Part shown: positions 40,747 through 52,981 of the stretch, piece after piece
Layout of the letters: each line of letters starts with the position of its first letter
Numbering within the stretch: position 1 is the stretch's first letter
Assembly: GCA_048013815.1 (NCBI GenBank)
Contig: CM106586.1
Coordinates: 5,766,001-5,830,000 of the forward strand
Reading direction: 5' to 3'
DNA length: 64,000 nucleotides
Source: Setoptus koraiensis
Lineage: Eukaryota; Animalia; Arthropoda
Translations under genes and position numbers: made by a program
The notes under the pieces: generated by a model
What the model saw: only the letters and a program-made list of their open reading frames with translations
What the model was told of the DNA's origin: nothing
Databases searched by the model: none

Positions 40747-43389
40747 CTACGACACAACATAACGCTCTATCCAGGAGACATAAGACGAAACTCTTGAATA
40801 CAGTCCAGGTAACAGGGGCCTTGCGCAACCAATACCCGTACTGACCACTCCAACTACGACGTAATGACCATTGATTCTGCTCAATAACGGTCCGCCCGAG
40901 TCGCCGTGACAAGCGTCCTTGCCTCCGTTTCTGAAGCCCGCACAAATAATCCTATCGTCTATGGGCATATCTCTACCTGCTTGCCTGAACCAATTCTGGC
41001 ACACCTTGTTATCTATTATGGTAAGACGAACTTTTTGCAGGTCGTTGCTAAAGTCTTCGCTTTTTTCACTTAATTTACCCCAACCAATAACAACGGCATC
41101 GTGTCCGGCAAAATTGCCCGATTCTTTTGAGGGAAAACAAACTGGCCACGCGTGATCATTCCATATTATGTCCTGTTTCAATCTTAATAAAGCTATATCA
41201 GCATTATTAGTGTTGGCAGATGATTTTGTTTGTGACATTGTCATATGATCATAACGACTAAAGTCCTCGTGTATAATTATCTGATCCACTGGATAATCTC
41301 TCACCAAGTGATTGTACAAACTGTTTGATTTCAATAGATTATGTCCACCAACTCTAACTATCAAATTGTTTACTAATTGACTTCTGACGCAATGAGCTGC
41401 AGTCAATATCCATTTTCTACCAACTATCACACCACCGCAATGATGATTGCCGTGTCGCTGAATGCTCACTGCCCAAGGAAATTCCCCTTCGTAAGTATTG
41501 TTACCACCAACTATTTTAGATTCACGAGTCACCTGTTGACGACCACAACTATAATTAGTGTTGTTCATGAAATTTATGTAAGACGACGATGATGATGACG
41601 ACGATTGTTGCTGCTGCTGTTGTTGCTGTTGCTGGTTGTTGTTGTTGCCGTTGTTGCCTGATTGGACATTAGAGCCACCACTAATTAATTGCTGGTATTT
41701 ACTATTATTACCATTGTTGTTGTTATCATTACTGGCGCTATTTATCGATGCCGAGCTAGCGCCGCTATGCTGACCAGAGACAGTTGATTGACCACCATTC
41801 AATTGCGATTGCGATGAAAGATCATTGCTACCGCTGTGGCTACTCTGGCTACTGCCCGGCTTTGAAATCTCATTAATACTATTCAGTGACGATTGTGACA
41901 CTGGCTTGTTGTTATTATTATTGCTAGTTATTTGATTATTGTTGTGAATGTAATTAAGACTGTGACTATTGTAGATACTATTAGTGTTAATTGGCAAGCC
42001 ATATTTGCCACTATTCTGACTATAATGTCGCGGATAATAGCTGGTTGCAGAACTATTCAACAGTGACTGTTGTTTGTCTAATTTAGCTAAATGAACATTT
42101 GTGTCATTTGATGACTGCTGATTGGCTATCGAGGTGTTGTTATTGGATTTCGTTGATGACAATGAGGGAAAGTGACTAGTGCCGGATGATGCTATCAAAT
42201 ACTGAACTCCTTTGCCTGGTAGCAACTTAAGAATGGCTGGCGTCTTGGCGCTCTCCAAATCAACATCATCACTATTAAAATGCTGGCTAATGTCTGTTGG
42301 CTTATTATTGTCTACAGGTTGCTGTTTGGCCGCCGTTGTGTGTGCCTCAATCTCCAAATCAAAACCATCGATAGATCCTGTGTCAATATTAGATAAAGAA
42401 GAAGAGCTGGCCAGATTTGTTGTTGTTGTTATTGTTGATGATGTGGGCGCTAAATGTGTCAGTTGTGATATTAACTTTTCAGCCGTTTCAACCATAAGAT
42501 TATCAGAGCCTGTCACATCTGTCAGACCTGTCAGATGATGCGATTTGTCCACTATGGCCAATTGTTGCTGCTGCTGTTTCTTCATCTCATTATTTAATCT
42601 CAATATGCTGCTAGTATTTTGAGCATTGATATGATTTGTTGCCAATTGTTGTTGTTGTTGTTGCTGCTGCTGCTGTTGCTGATGTTGTTGTATCCTCTGT
42701 ATAGAAGAATGCGCATGATCGCCAGATATAAATTGTTGGTGATTGTTATTCACCACTTTATGTTGAAAAATTGCATTGTTATTGGAATGCAATGCGCCAC
42801 TGTTGGCGTCTTGTTTGGCTTTGTTGTGGTCAACAATTGCCACTGTATCACTACTGCTACTACTGCTGTTTGAATCGATAGAAGATTTGACCTGTGAATT
42901 ATCATCTTCGTTTGCGTCATTTGAGAATTCGCGGCTAAACTTGGACAGCGGATGCGGAGTTCTTTGTAATCTAGTAGTAGTAGTCGGTTGCGACGAAGAC
43001 GACGAAGACGACGATGACGACGACGACGACGACAACCTATCATTGATGTTTGCTTCTAATGTGTCTAACCTATCTTTGGACAGGGCGCCCAAATTGTTCT
43101 CACCTAATTGCTGCGACCTGTTGATTGTGTCTCGAGAGGCGTTCGCTGCTGATGCTGCTCCCGTTATTGTTAATTTTATTGGTGGACTAGTGTTATCACT
43201 TATAACTGATGGTGGCGACGGTGTTACTATCATCATATCTATATCTAGTGCCATGGCAGACGATGGTAACAAACATTGATGATTAATATAGTCTATGTCA
43301 ATTAGAAGTAACATTGAGCAAAATATGATTATCATCAAATAATTGTATCCAATAATAATAAAATTGCCTGATGTCATTACCAATGACAT
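40747..43389 (-). CDS. Intronless trypsin-type serine protease (stubble-like) with a long low-complexity N-terminal region, 880 aa
   Basis: N-terminal hydrophobic segment, then about 600 aa of poly-S/Q/N. Activation site SK|IVGG, catalytic triad LTAAHC, DIALLRL and GDSGGPL, and the S1 Asp in KDACHGDSGG. Confidence 0.93.
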   Translation of the reverse strand: MSLVMTSGNFIIIGYNYLMIIIFCSMLLLIDIDYINHQCLLPSSAMALDIDMMIVTPSPPSVISDNTSPPIKLTITGAASAANASRDTINRSQQLGENNLGALSKDRLDTLEANINDRLSSSSSSSSSSSSSSQPTTTTRLQRTPHPLSKFSREFSNDANEDDNSQVKSSIDSNSSSSSSDTVAIVDHNKAKQDANSGALHSNNNAIFQHKVVNNNHQQFISGDHAHSSIQRIQQHQQQQQQQQQQQQLATNHINAQNTSSILRLNNEMKKQQQQQLAIVDKSHHLTGLTDVTGSDNLMVETAEKLISQLTHLAPTSSTITTTTNLASSSSLSNIDTGSIDGFDLEIEAHTTAAKQQPVDNNKPTDISQHFNSDDVDLESAKTPAILKLLPGKGVQYLIASSGTSHFPSLSSTKSNNNTSIANQQSSNDTNVHLAKLDKQQSLLNSSATSYYPRHYSQNSGKYGLPINTNSIYNSHSLNYIHNNNQITSNNNNNKPVSQSSLNSINEISKPGSSQSSHSGSNDLSSQSQLNGGQSTVSGQHSGASSASINSASNDNNNNGNNSKYQQLISGGSNVQSGNNGNNNNQQQQQQQQQQSSSSSSSSYINFMNNTNYSCGRQQVTRESKIVGGNNTYEGEFPWAVSIQRHGNHHCGGVIVGRKWILTAAHCVRSQLVNNLIVRVGGHNLLKSNSLYNHLVRDYPVDQIIIHEDFSRYDHMTMSQTKSSANTNNADIALLRLKQDIIWNDHAWPVCFPSKESGNFAGHDAVVIGWGKLSEKSEDFSNDLQKVRLTIIDNKVCQNWFRQAGRDMPIDDRIICAGFRNGGKDACHGDSGGPLLSRINGHYVVVGVVSTGIGCARPLLPGLYSRVSSYVSWIERYVVS

Positions 43390-44023
43390 GATTTGGAAAT
43401 GGTTGTAATAATTGTTAATATTATTATATTGCTATTATTAGTAAGTTTAGATGCCAAGTTTGTGAAGTAGTTGATAGATAATGATGTTTCAACTGTATTG
43501 TTGTGTCTGAAGCAATAGAAGCCTGACAATAACGATGAGCAATTTGCCTTAATTTTGTCTTGGTCAATAACAATGATATTATTGTAATTAAATGGTGGTC
43601 TAAATAGTTGCAGTTGTTTGTATTTGACACGCAGCATCTTCACGCCTGATCTCACTTGGATCTTATCAATCGAAACTTGATTGCACGAGCAGCAATAGCG
43701 GCACCAGCAACTAGAGTATCAATTATTTTAGGATTCATCAAGAATGAAATGGTTTATACTACACATTACTATTATACAACTGAATGTGTCTACCACTGAG
43801 TTGATTATGTGAAACTGTCAATTAGAATGCTTGTGCAATGTATAAAAATTTGGCTCGATGAGTAATTGTTGTTGTCGCTGTTGTTGGTTGTGCAACTCTT
43901 TCGTTTACTCAATCACTAGGGCACTGGGGCATTCTCTATGTCTCTGATGTTAGATTGACTGACCAAATATTTATTCGCTCACAATTGTCAGTAGCTGTAG
44001 TTGTTGATTCTGTTATATGAAAG

Positions 44024-44042
44024 TGACCGATGGTCAATGACC
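44024..44042. promoter_or_regulatory. Candidate nuclear-receptor / ecdysone response element (IR1 GGTCA-a-TGACC plus an extra half-site)
   Basis: TGACCgatGGTCAaTGACC lies about 640 bp upstream of the protease ATG. The core matches the IR1 consensus, but the outermost bases are non-consensus. Confidence 0.3.
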
Positions 44043-46227
44043 GGTGAATGAAACTCACGCTCTGTCACATACAAAACTAGAAACCATGCGCACACTTTTT
44101 TTTATCGTGACTGAAGAGTTAGATTGATCTGTTGGATGCTTTTATATAAAATCTGCTCTAATTTCTCTTTCTCTCCCTCTCTTTGTGAGCATATGTGTGT
44201 TCTATTCCAACGGAGTGTGTGTGTGTGTGTCGGTATGTTTAATCTGGCTGATCAGATTGGTAGTGTATTTGACACATAGCGACTGTTTGAAAGAATTGAG
44301 CACACACACACACACACACACATACTCACATTACGACCAACAACAACACAACAGTTATTACGCAATGACAATGTTAGTCACCGACAATTGCTTGTGTCAA
44401 ATGCCGGGCTTTATTTATCGATTTCGACAGTAGTCTCTCATCCAAATAGTTGCCAAAAGCCAGTAAGTAAGTTGTCGATTAGGACACAATTGCCTAGTCA
44501 TCTTATATTAACGATACAATCCATCGATATTATGATAACTGACAGGGGGAGGGGACAGGTCCGTTTTTTCATGAATGGATGAGCAACAGATACGAAAGTT
44601 TCAAGGCGGGACCAGAGTCGATGAGTCTTTGTTTCTCGTAAATATACTCTTACTCTTAATCTAATCGGAAAAGTCAAACTAAACGAGAGTGGATCAGCAA
44701 ACTGATAAAACAACTCACTGAACATACTATGAATATATAAACAATTTTCCTTAATTGTAAAATATTAATCTCCTCTCTTTCTGCGATGAGGATAACAAGA
44801 CTCATGCCCTCCATGGTGATGGACACACAATCAGTCGAATCTAAAGTGAATATTCACGATGGCGAAGCTTTCTCCCTCTCTCTCTCTCATCGACGATCAA
44901 TCAGTAATTTGACAAGCCGCAATAAATCCATGATCGCAGCTAGCTGCGGTTCTAATTATAAACATCGACCACTTTGGAGCATTTGGCTAGTCAGTTAGTG
45001 CACTAACTAGGTCATCAGGTCTCCCTATTGAATTGATTATTGAAACATATAAACATTCCGTGAAAATCAGTGGGCGGCATTCATGTTGCTTAATGTTCAA
45101 CTAATTAGCTAGATGGAGCGAGATCTTTTACACTTTTTGCGCTAGAGATCCACGCAAACATTCACAAAACAACAACGACATAGCTGCTTTAGTTCACTGT
45201 GATTCATTCATCGTAATCGATAAAAAACCAATCTACTGTTCTGTTTATTGCCAGTAGCTTAATGATCATGAAGAACTCAACTCATAGCTGTATGACGATG
45301 AGTGGTTCTATTGTTTGCAACTCTGATATGATGATGACTTCATGACTAACATTGAGTGGTCGCTTTGATGGTGAAAGCTGACTAGGTATATAAGCTTTCA
45401 CTAGTTTGGCTCTTTCATACCTGGATAGGCAGCAGCAGCAGTAACAGCAACAAGCTGAAGTCAATAGTCCACTAAACTAGTGACTTTCACACTAGAAAAA
45501 TCTCGCTTCGCACTCGCTTGATTGCTGACCTTTACACAGAAGCTTCTCTGATGCATTGATTTCGGGTCCAATACTGAGATATAAACGAGAATGATACAGA
45601 TAGATAGCGTGCAAATTGGTGTATTGTAACACATCACCTTGTCATACTGTTTTTCATTTCTCATTACAAACAAAATCAAAGAGAGAAAAATATCACCATC
45701 ATTGAGGTGAGTACAAGGTTTAATGAACTTTCTCTTTTAGATGAGAATCGATAATTTTCCCTGTTGTACAATCTCCTAGTTCGATGAACCCTTGGCAAGT
45801 CTAAAATCTCATCAGCTTCAAATGCTATTAGCAACGGTAGCTGTATAGAAAATTTATTTTACTTTTCTCCATCATTCGCTCCAGGTAGAATACTATTGGT
45901 AGCTGTCGTTGCTGATCAGTTATATCATACACATTTTACTTCTTTCATATCATTGTCATAATGGAGAAAAATTCTAACCCGTCATCTGTTTAAATTTGAT
46001 ACGTCCGGGATAATAATAAGGTGTAATTAAATTTTATGTCGTAAGCTTTGAATTAACTGCTTGTTTTTCTAAGCAATCCAACAAAATTTCGCTTTGTTGT
46101 GCATAGAGATAGAGCTTTCGGATTCCTGGTTGAGGTTTAAAAATTGGATGACTAATCCGGAATTAGAACTCGCATATGCTCTCTTCCTGAATTGAATTTA
46201 CTGCTGTTTAATTTTATGATCTACATA

Positions 46228-47373
46228 TTATACAATTCTATCCTTTGTCATGGTTTTGTAACCATCCGGATACTGACTTTGCCATTTATATGTATCACGA
46301 CACATATCATGAATATTGTACTTGGCCACCCAGCCTAGTTCTGTTGTGGCCTTTGATACATCGCTATAAACTGAATCGATATCACCAAAGCGTCTACCAA
46401 CAATTTCATAAGGAATTCTGACGCCAGTAGCCTCTTCAAAAGCTCTAACCATTTGTAGCACCGAGGTACCATGTCCAGTTCCTAGATTATATATTTGCCA
46501 GCCTCTATTGTTTTTCTCATTGAGCTCAAACAATTTCTCTATAGCTTTGACGTGTCCATCAGCTAAGTCCATGATGTGAATATAGTCTCTAATGCCTGTC
46601 CCGTCAATTGTTTCGAAATCGCCACCGTATACCAGCAGTTTGTCTCTTTTTTTAATTGCTACCTGCGATATATAAGGCATAAGATTATTGGGAATTCCTT
46701 GTGACATTTCACCGATGTGACCCGATTGGTGTGCCCCAACAGGATTGAAATATCTAAGAGCGATGACGTTCCAAGAGGATACGCCTTGATTGCTGCTATG
46801 CTTGCAGAGATCTTCCAGTATCTGTTCGACAATAAACTTTGTCCTACCATATGGATTTGTGAGATTCTTCCCGGCAACATGAGTTTCATCTATCGGCAAC
46901 TGGTTAGGTGGTCCATAAACAGTTGCTGACGAGCTGAATATCAAATTCTTGCAGCCAAATTTTTCCATTGTATTGAACAAATTAATAGAGCCAGAGACAT
47001 TGTTACTGAAATAACTTAATGGTTTCTTGCAGCTTTCGCCAATAGATTTAAGAGCTGCTAAATGTATGACGGCTTGTATTCTGTGTTCTAAGAAGACTTC
47101 ATCAAGTAGATGCGCGTCCTCGAGGAGATTCAACTTGTAGAATGCCCTAATTTTAGAATTGGCTATTAGCTCCACTCTCCTTAAACTCTCTGGCAGACAT
47201 TGTTTATTACCATTAATATCCTCTTCTGGACAGTAAGTATTGCAGCAATTGTCCAGTACAATAACTTCAAATTTATGGCCATTAGATCCCTGGAGAAGCT
47301 GTAGAACACAATGAGATCCTATGTAACCAGCACCACCTGTAACCAAAACAGTGATATGTTTCTCTTTAGTCAT
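46228..47373 (-). CDS. GALE: UDP-glucose 4-epimerase, intronless, 381 aa
   Basis: VLVTGGAGYIGSH, HLAALKSIGES, FSSSATVYG, NPYGRTK (YxxxK), LRYFNPVGAH, PNNLMPYI, RDYIHIMDLA. Confidence 0.97.
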   Translation of the reverse strand: MTKEKHITVLVTGGAGYIGSHCVLQLLQGSNGHKFEVIVLDNCCNTYCPEEDINGNKQCLPESLRRVELIANSKIRAFYKLNLLEDAHLLDEVFLEHRIQAVIHLAALKSIGESCKKPLSYFSNNVSGSINLFNTMEKFGCKNLIFSSSATVYGPPNQLPIDETHVAGKNLTNPYGRTKFIVEQILEDLCKHSSNQGVSSWNVIALRYFNPVGAHQSGHIGEMSQGIPNNLMPYISQVAIKKRDKLLVYGGDFETIDGTGIRDYIHIMDLADGHVKAIEKLFELNEKNNRGWQIYNLGTGHGTSVLQMVRAFEEATGVRIPYEIVGRRFGDIDSVYSDVSKATTELGWVAKYNIHDMCRDTYKWQSQYPDGYKTMTKDRIV

Positions 47374-50300
47374 TATTGCAGCGATTTGTCGTCTTGTTGC
47401 TGATGATGAATTTCTGTAAAATTGTTGTTATGCAGATAAAACATGAAAATTTTGTTGATTAGCAGCTATTTGGTACTTCATATATGGTGCACAACTGTTT
47501 AGAATAACCGCAATCGGATTTAGTTCAATTTATAATGCTGTTGCTTTAAGTTATCATCGCCGCCAAAATCTACACTATCGTTTCTATTTATTCAGCCAGT
47601 TGGAATAATATCGTAATAAAGGTAACAACATGTAGAGAGTTCGAGAGAGTATAGTATGATGCTTGTTTGATTGATTCCCGTTTATACTTACTAAATATTT
47701 GTAATATAAGCCACAATATGGCTCGCTCAGAATGTTTGAGATCAATCATCTAGAATTGAATAGCACGCAGTTTCAATTACAGCCTACCATTAAAATAGCT
47801 ACTGACATTGACATTGAATTGGTTTGTTTTGTTCGGATTATGATGAGTTGAATGATATTTAGCTAAATGGATTTAGATGGATCTTTCACGCTTAGTTCCA
47901 TTGATGGTGAAATGGGGGGTCCACAAATATTGGCTTACTTTAAGGTTGCTTTTCGTTATTCCATGGAGGGTAAAAAGTTGAGATCAATGGTTCCAAAGCA
48001 GTTATAATGTGATTATTATTTATCTCTATGACATTCTCATCATATTCAGTAAACAATAATAACTATAATAGAGAAGAGTGACGTGTGATAAGTCACTAAA
48101 CTGCTACTACTAACAGTGGTATCGACGACGGGCGATTTGAAATGTGATAGTTGTGTATCTACTAAAACCGCAGATATATGGATAAGGATGACGAAATACA
48201 ATTGAACTCGTTTTCACTGCAAGTATCTCATCTCTGTATATTATCTATATCCCTCTCTTTCTTTGGGCGGGTTAGATGTGGCCTTCGACGTAATAGATTG
48301 ATCCATAAAGCTGTATAGTCCTTACAAAAACAACGATGATGCTGGCATGAGATGAACAATAATGACTGACAATGATTCAGATTATCCACTGCTATAATTA
48401 TTATCGTATTCTTTTATGTATGCGCTAATCTAAGTTGGATTTGTCTACATTTAATGAGTATTGCGTCCTGGTAATGACAATAAATTGATTAGAATGAACA
48501 AAAATGAATATGAAACGGTAAAATAAATAATATTTCTCAGTATACTTTGGAGCGGACAGGTAGACAGCGTGATGCATGACTCATGTAACATGAGACCAGA
48601 ACATATGATCGTCAATGTGCCGAATCGGCATTGTCAATGCTACGGATAGATGCGCGCATTCTTCTTCCCCTCCGGCGTGCAACCAATGAGTCTAGAATAG
48701 GTGCACGTGGTGCTAGCTCGACAAAAGTACACTAGTGTTTATATTCTTTGTATTACAAAGTTTGTATGATACTTTTGGTGTGTGAGGTATCTCCGGAACG
48801 GAACATCTTGTTGCTGCTCATTTGTGCTGTCCGAAAAATGAGAAAAATCAAAGAAGACGGTAAGAAAGATCGAGGACCAACAACGACCAGTTCAAATGAA
48901 AGCCGGATGAAAGAAAATCATTTGTCACGAGTCACGGCGTATGCAAGTACATTGTGCCCTGTAGATGCACGCCTGCCAATCAAGCTTGCCAGTTTGATCG
49001 TATCAGTATTCTTCAAAAAGTTTGTCAGTTGAATAGTTCACATCGAGTGCAAAGCGAGAGTGGTGCCGTCTTACAATTTGCCAGTTTGTCTTAATTGATC
49101 ACGCTAGAGCAGCAGCCAACACGATGGCGCAATCAGAACAGTCTCATCTTGATCATCATCTGACAATGTATTGACATGTAGTATATCAGATCTGTATAAT
49201 GGTGATTGACTAACGTAATCATAAACTATTAACTAGACATCATTGTTGTTGGTCATGTGCATTGAGTGTTGAATGTATGAAATATTAAACCAATGCTATA
49301 TACTGTTTTTTGTTGTTGCCCCATTATTCAATAATACCAACCATCATTGTTGAGAAATAAAAATCCTCAATGCTTGAAGACATAACAAGATTCGGTGTGG
49401 GTGGCTTGAAGAAGAAAGTTGTCTTACGTAGATGATGGTAGGTGTGACACACTGGAGAGTATACTGGTGTCAGTGTTAGTTAAGTCATGAAAAGAGCGGT
49501 GTAACTACTCATTATTGCCCTACTATTAGTCAATTCGCTAAATTGTGATGATGTAATAGATACCAAAAACACATTGGATATAAATAAACGGTGCTTCTCT
49601 GGTGTCACGCCAGCCAATCTATTGATAGTTGCATTGGTATACAAATGGCGTTGTCCTATCATAGGACTCTCTCCTGGCATTTTACTAGACAAATAGACAC
49701 ACTACCGTGTGCAATTTTTCCACATGTCAATAGCTTACAACTTGTTAGTTCAACGCACTTACGCTTGAGGCGCTTAGTCTGCTTCGAATCACACCATCAT
49801 TGATGGAGTGTCTCGCTTTAAGTTTTTTTACTTTGTGATTTCTTCAATTTTATCACTGCAGTCTCTTTTTACATGTGTATAAGTGCAAGTGCAACAGTAG
49901 GAGTGATTTTCTTTTTGCGAATGAAAGCGAAAGCTCTCAGCGCCCTCAGACAAGACTGGAGAAAACTATACGCTACTGTTATGTGGGAAGGCGACACACG
50001 TGTACTCGTATTATTGGTAGTGCGAGATTGCAAAGATTTCACCATCTTTCGTTTGCCGTTCGATTGTTTGACCAATGATAGATAGATATATTGATAGAGA
50101 TAAGATCAATGAAAATGGTTTCATCATTCAGTATTTGTACAGTGTGGGTGCGCGTCTGACTTGGCCCATGCTTTTTATCCAGCGAATGACTGCCATTGGC
50201 AAACGTGACTGCAACGTACTTGTTAATTGGACCCAGAGTGAGCGTGATTCCTGGAATAGAATCATGATATCACTCTGATACAGAATCAAGTGTGACTTTG

Positions 50301-51296
50301 TACCATTGCTAGCATCTCTCTGTGAATTCAAACTTGATATTTTATTGCGATTGCTCGCTACGCACCATGAGTTCATTTGTCAAGTAGACTGTGAATGAAT
50401 GGCTGACGAAATTTTAATTGTTTTCATCAAACAATGAACATTCGAAACCATGGACGGAGAGCTACTCTCTCCTTGTAACCAGACTATAGGCATAATGTCT
50501 CTAGAGAACTGTCGAATTCGAGAGGCGCGAGAACATCTCGAACGGCAACACGTTGATGTCTTCGTTTCCGGCCAGACATTATCAGCTGACGTTAGACGCA
50601 CGCAGCTAGACAAACAACATGTGTGTTTGTGAGTGTCGGTGCGTCACTAGTATCACAGTGATTTCGATCTCTTATCATCTGATCTTATGATGATCGATCG
50701 ATGGCTTGTTTGTGACAGATTTGTCTCATTAACCAATATATCTCAACTGAAATCTTATCTAGATAGTCAACGTAATGCAATGAATCTGAGGCGACGTAAC
50801 GAGAGGCTACACACTTATCCGGCACCACACGACCCATTAGATTGATAATGAGGACATTATCACATAATTATAAAAAAAAAATCAAATTTTACAATTGTTG
50901 AAACATTGTTGTTTGTGTGTGTGAGCAACGTACCATTGCTACCATTGCGTCTTACCACCAATAATCTGCAATCGCTTGACAACAAACATAAATTACAACA
51001 AAGTTACGAAAAAATTGCAAAGATTGTTTGTGGCGCCCTTGCGCTGTTGTGCCACACTCTCACAAAAGCACACACACACACACACACACGCACGCACGCC
51101 GCCTCAAATGCCGCATGCCGCAACGCCGCTCACTTTCACCACCACTATCGCCAACACATTGCATGTGTATGCAAACTGTATGGTGTGGTAATAGTTGTAT
51201 ACTATAGTTACATTATTATTATGAGATCCCTATTACCGAGTTAGGCATTTAAACAATTAATTAGATAGATATTACAATAGAGACATAGTTGCAGCC

Positions 51297-51746
51297 ATGG
51301 TATCAACTCAATCTGATGATACATCAGTTACATCAATTAAATCATGCCCAGATAGGAAGGCAAGGAAGAAGGATCAAAATAGGAGGGCAGCTTTAAATTA
51401 TCGAAGAAAAAAAATGGAAGAAAAGAATCGCCTGCATGAGGAGGAAATGCGATTAGTTTATTCAAGAGTATGTTTGATCGGTTATGCAGAAGAATTAGAA
51501 GATTCTATACTATACACATTGAGAACTAAAGCTAGAACTGTTCAAGATAGTGATGGAAAGTATATTTGCTCTTTGTGCCCCATATGCTCTCAACCTTGTG
51601 ATGATATTGATATATTACGAAATCACATCAATGTTAGGCATTACCAACACCAAATTCAACAACAGCAGCAACAATCACAACAGCAGCAACAATCACAACA
51701 ACAGCAACAGCAACAAACAAATAACAAACCAATAAATGTTATATAA
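51297..51746 (+). CDS. Small ATF4/ATF5-like bZIP protein with a C-terminal C2H2 zinc finger and poly-Q tail, 149 aa (possibly 214 aa with an upstream exon at 50450-50628)
   Basis: Start context GCAGCCATGG. Basic region RKKDQNRRAALNYRRKK, then four Leu at heptad spacing (LHEEEMR-LVYSRVC-LIGYAEE-L) and CPIC-x12-H-x4-H. An optional in-frame intron runs 50629-51280 (TT|GTGAGT...AATAG). Confidence 0.75.
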   Translation: MVSTQSDDTSVTSIKSCPDRKARKKDQNRRAALNYRRKKMEEKNRLHEEEMRLVYSRVCLIGYAEELEDSILYTLRTKARTVQDSDGKYICSLCPICSQPCDDIDILRNHINVRHYQHQIQQQQQQSQQQQQSQQQQQQQTNNKPINVI

Positions 51747-51797
51747 ATATACATTTTTATCTAAAAGAAACAACAAACATTAATTATCTTCCTAAAT

Positions 51798-52981
51798 TTA
51801 GCACATTTCGACACCAAGGGATCTCCTAGTTCGCTCATAAACCACATAACTTATACTAACTGCTGGAGCCACTTTCATGAAATTTGGCACTATGCCTCGG
51901 TATAATCCTCTTATACCCTCTTTGTCATAAATCGATTTTATCAATATCCACATGGTTATTCTGGAATTGCAGGTTTGCGCTTGCAATCGGGTCCTAACTA
52001 ACGCCAATGGGTAACTCATAAGTTGACCACATGTACTACTAAGGGCTCCGCAGATTAGTAGCACATGTATTCCAGCGTCTTTACTAGAGTTTCCATGTAT
52101 GTCTTTGTGTTGCTTCAAGTACGTTCTTTTCAGTGTTTCATAGACAGCGAGATCAATGCCAGCATAAGGAATGATCCCGAGTAAATTTGGCAGATATCCT
52201 CGATAAAAACTCCTTAGTCCTTCATGATCTGAAATTAGCGCGGTTTTCGTTGGCGTGTATGTGTATGTTATTGATTTTGCGAGCACAATCATCCATGCAA
52301 GGTAGCATATGATGGAAAAATATTATTTAGGGTTATTGAGTACAAGGTGTATGTTTCTTCGAAAAAATCTTGCCCAGAACAAGCATTATAATTGTCAAAA
52401 TGGGAGTACTTACGCAGAATCTTCTGTGCACAATGAATAATTCCTCTATAATCTCCAGTTTGGCCTAAAACTAGTCTAGTCTTTAACACTTCCATTGGAT
52501 ATATCACAGTTTGCGAGATCACCCCTGCGAATGAGCCGGCAAGGAATCGTTGTTGAATTGTTAAATCTACGTTACTATTACCTCTAATCTTTCTTTTGGC
52601 TTGTTCGTATGCCATAAATTTAATGGCCGTCTCTGGGGCTATTTTGAGAACATTGATCCCGTTGCCTCGCCATAACGAGGGCCAACCTCCGTCCCTTAAG
52701 AGTATTTTAAAGCAGTATCCTAAACTTGAAAATTCGGCTCCTCTCACTTGTAGAAAAACCTTTAAACGATCTAATGGGGCCGTGGCCGTTCTAGAGACAG
52801 CGCCAGCCACTGCTCCGGCTATCAAATGCTTACATAATGACAATGATGATGTTGTAGTTGCTGTCGTTGATGCTAATGCTGTTGCTGATGATGTCGAAGC
52901 TGTTGTTGATGTTGATGCCGAGGTTGGTGCGGCTGCCGATGGTGATGGTGAAGAGGTGGCTTGTGAATTTTGTAACATCAT
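51798..52981 (-). CDS. SCaMC: SCaMC (SLC25A23/24/25-type) mitochondrial ATP-Mg/Pi carrier lacking the EF-hand domain, 332 aa; exons 52981-52414 and 52228-51798
   Basis: [96 protein letters not shown] and [26 protein letters not shown] phase-1 intron lies at 52413-52229, and the 999 nt total is a multiple of 3. Confidence 0.93.

Noticed and set aside
52229-52413. Overlapping ORFs 52289-52981 and 51798-52292 suggesting a programmed frameshift in the carrier
   Set aside because: A canonical 185-bp GT-AG intron joins the two halves in frame
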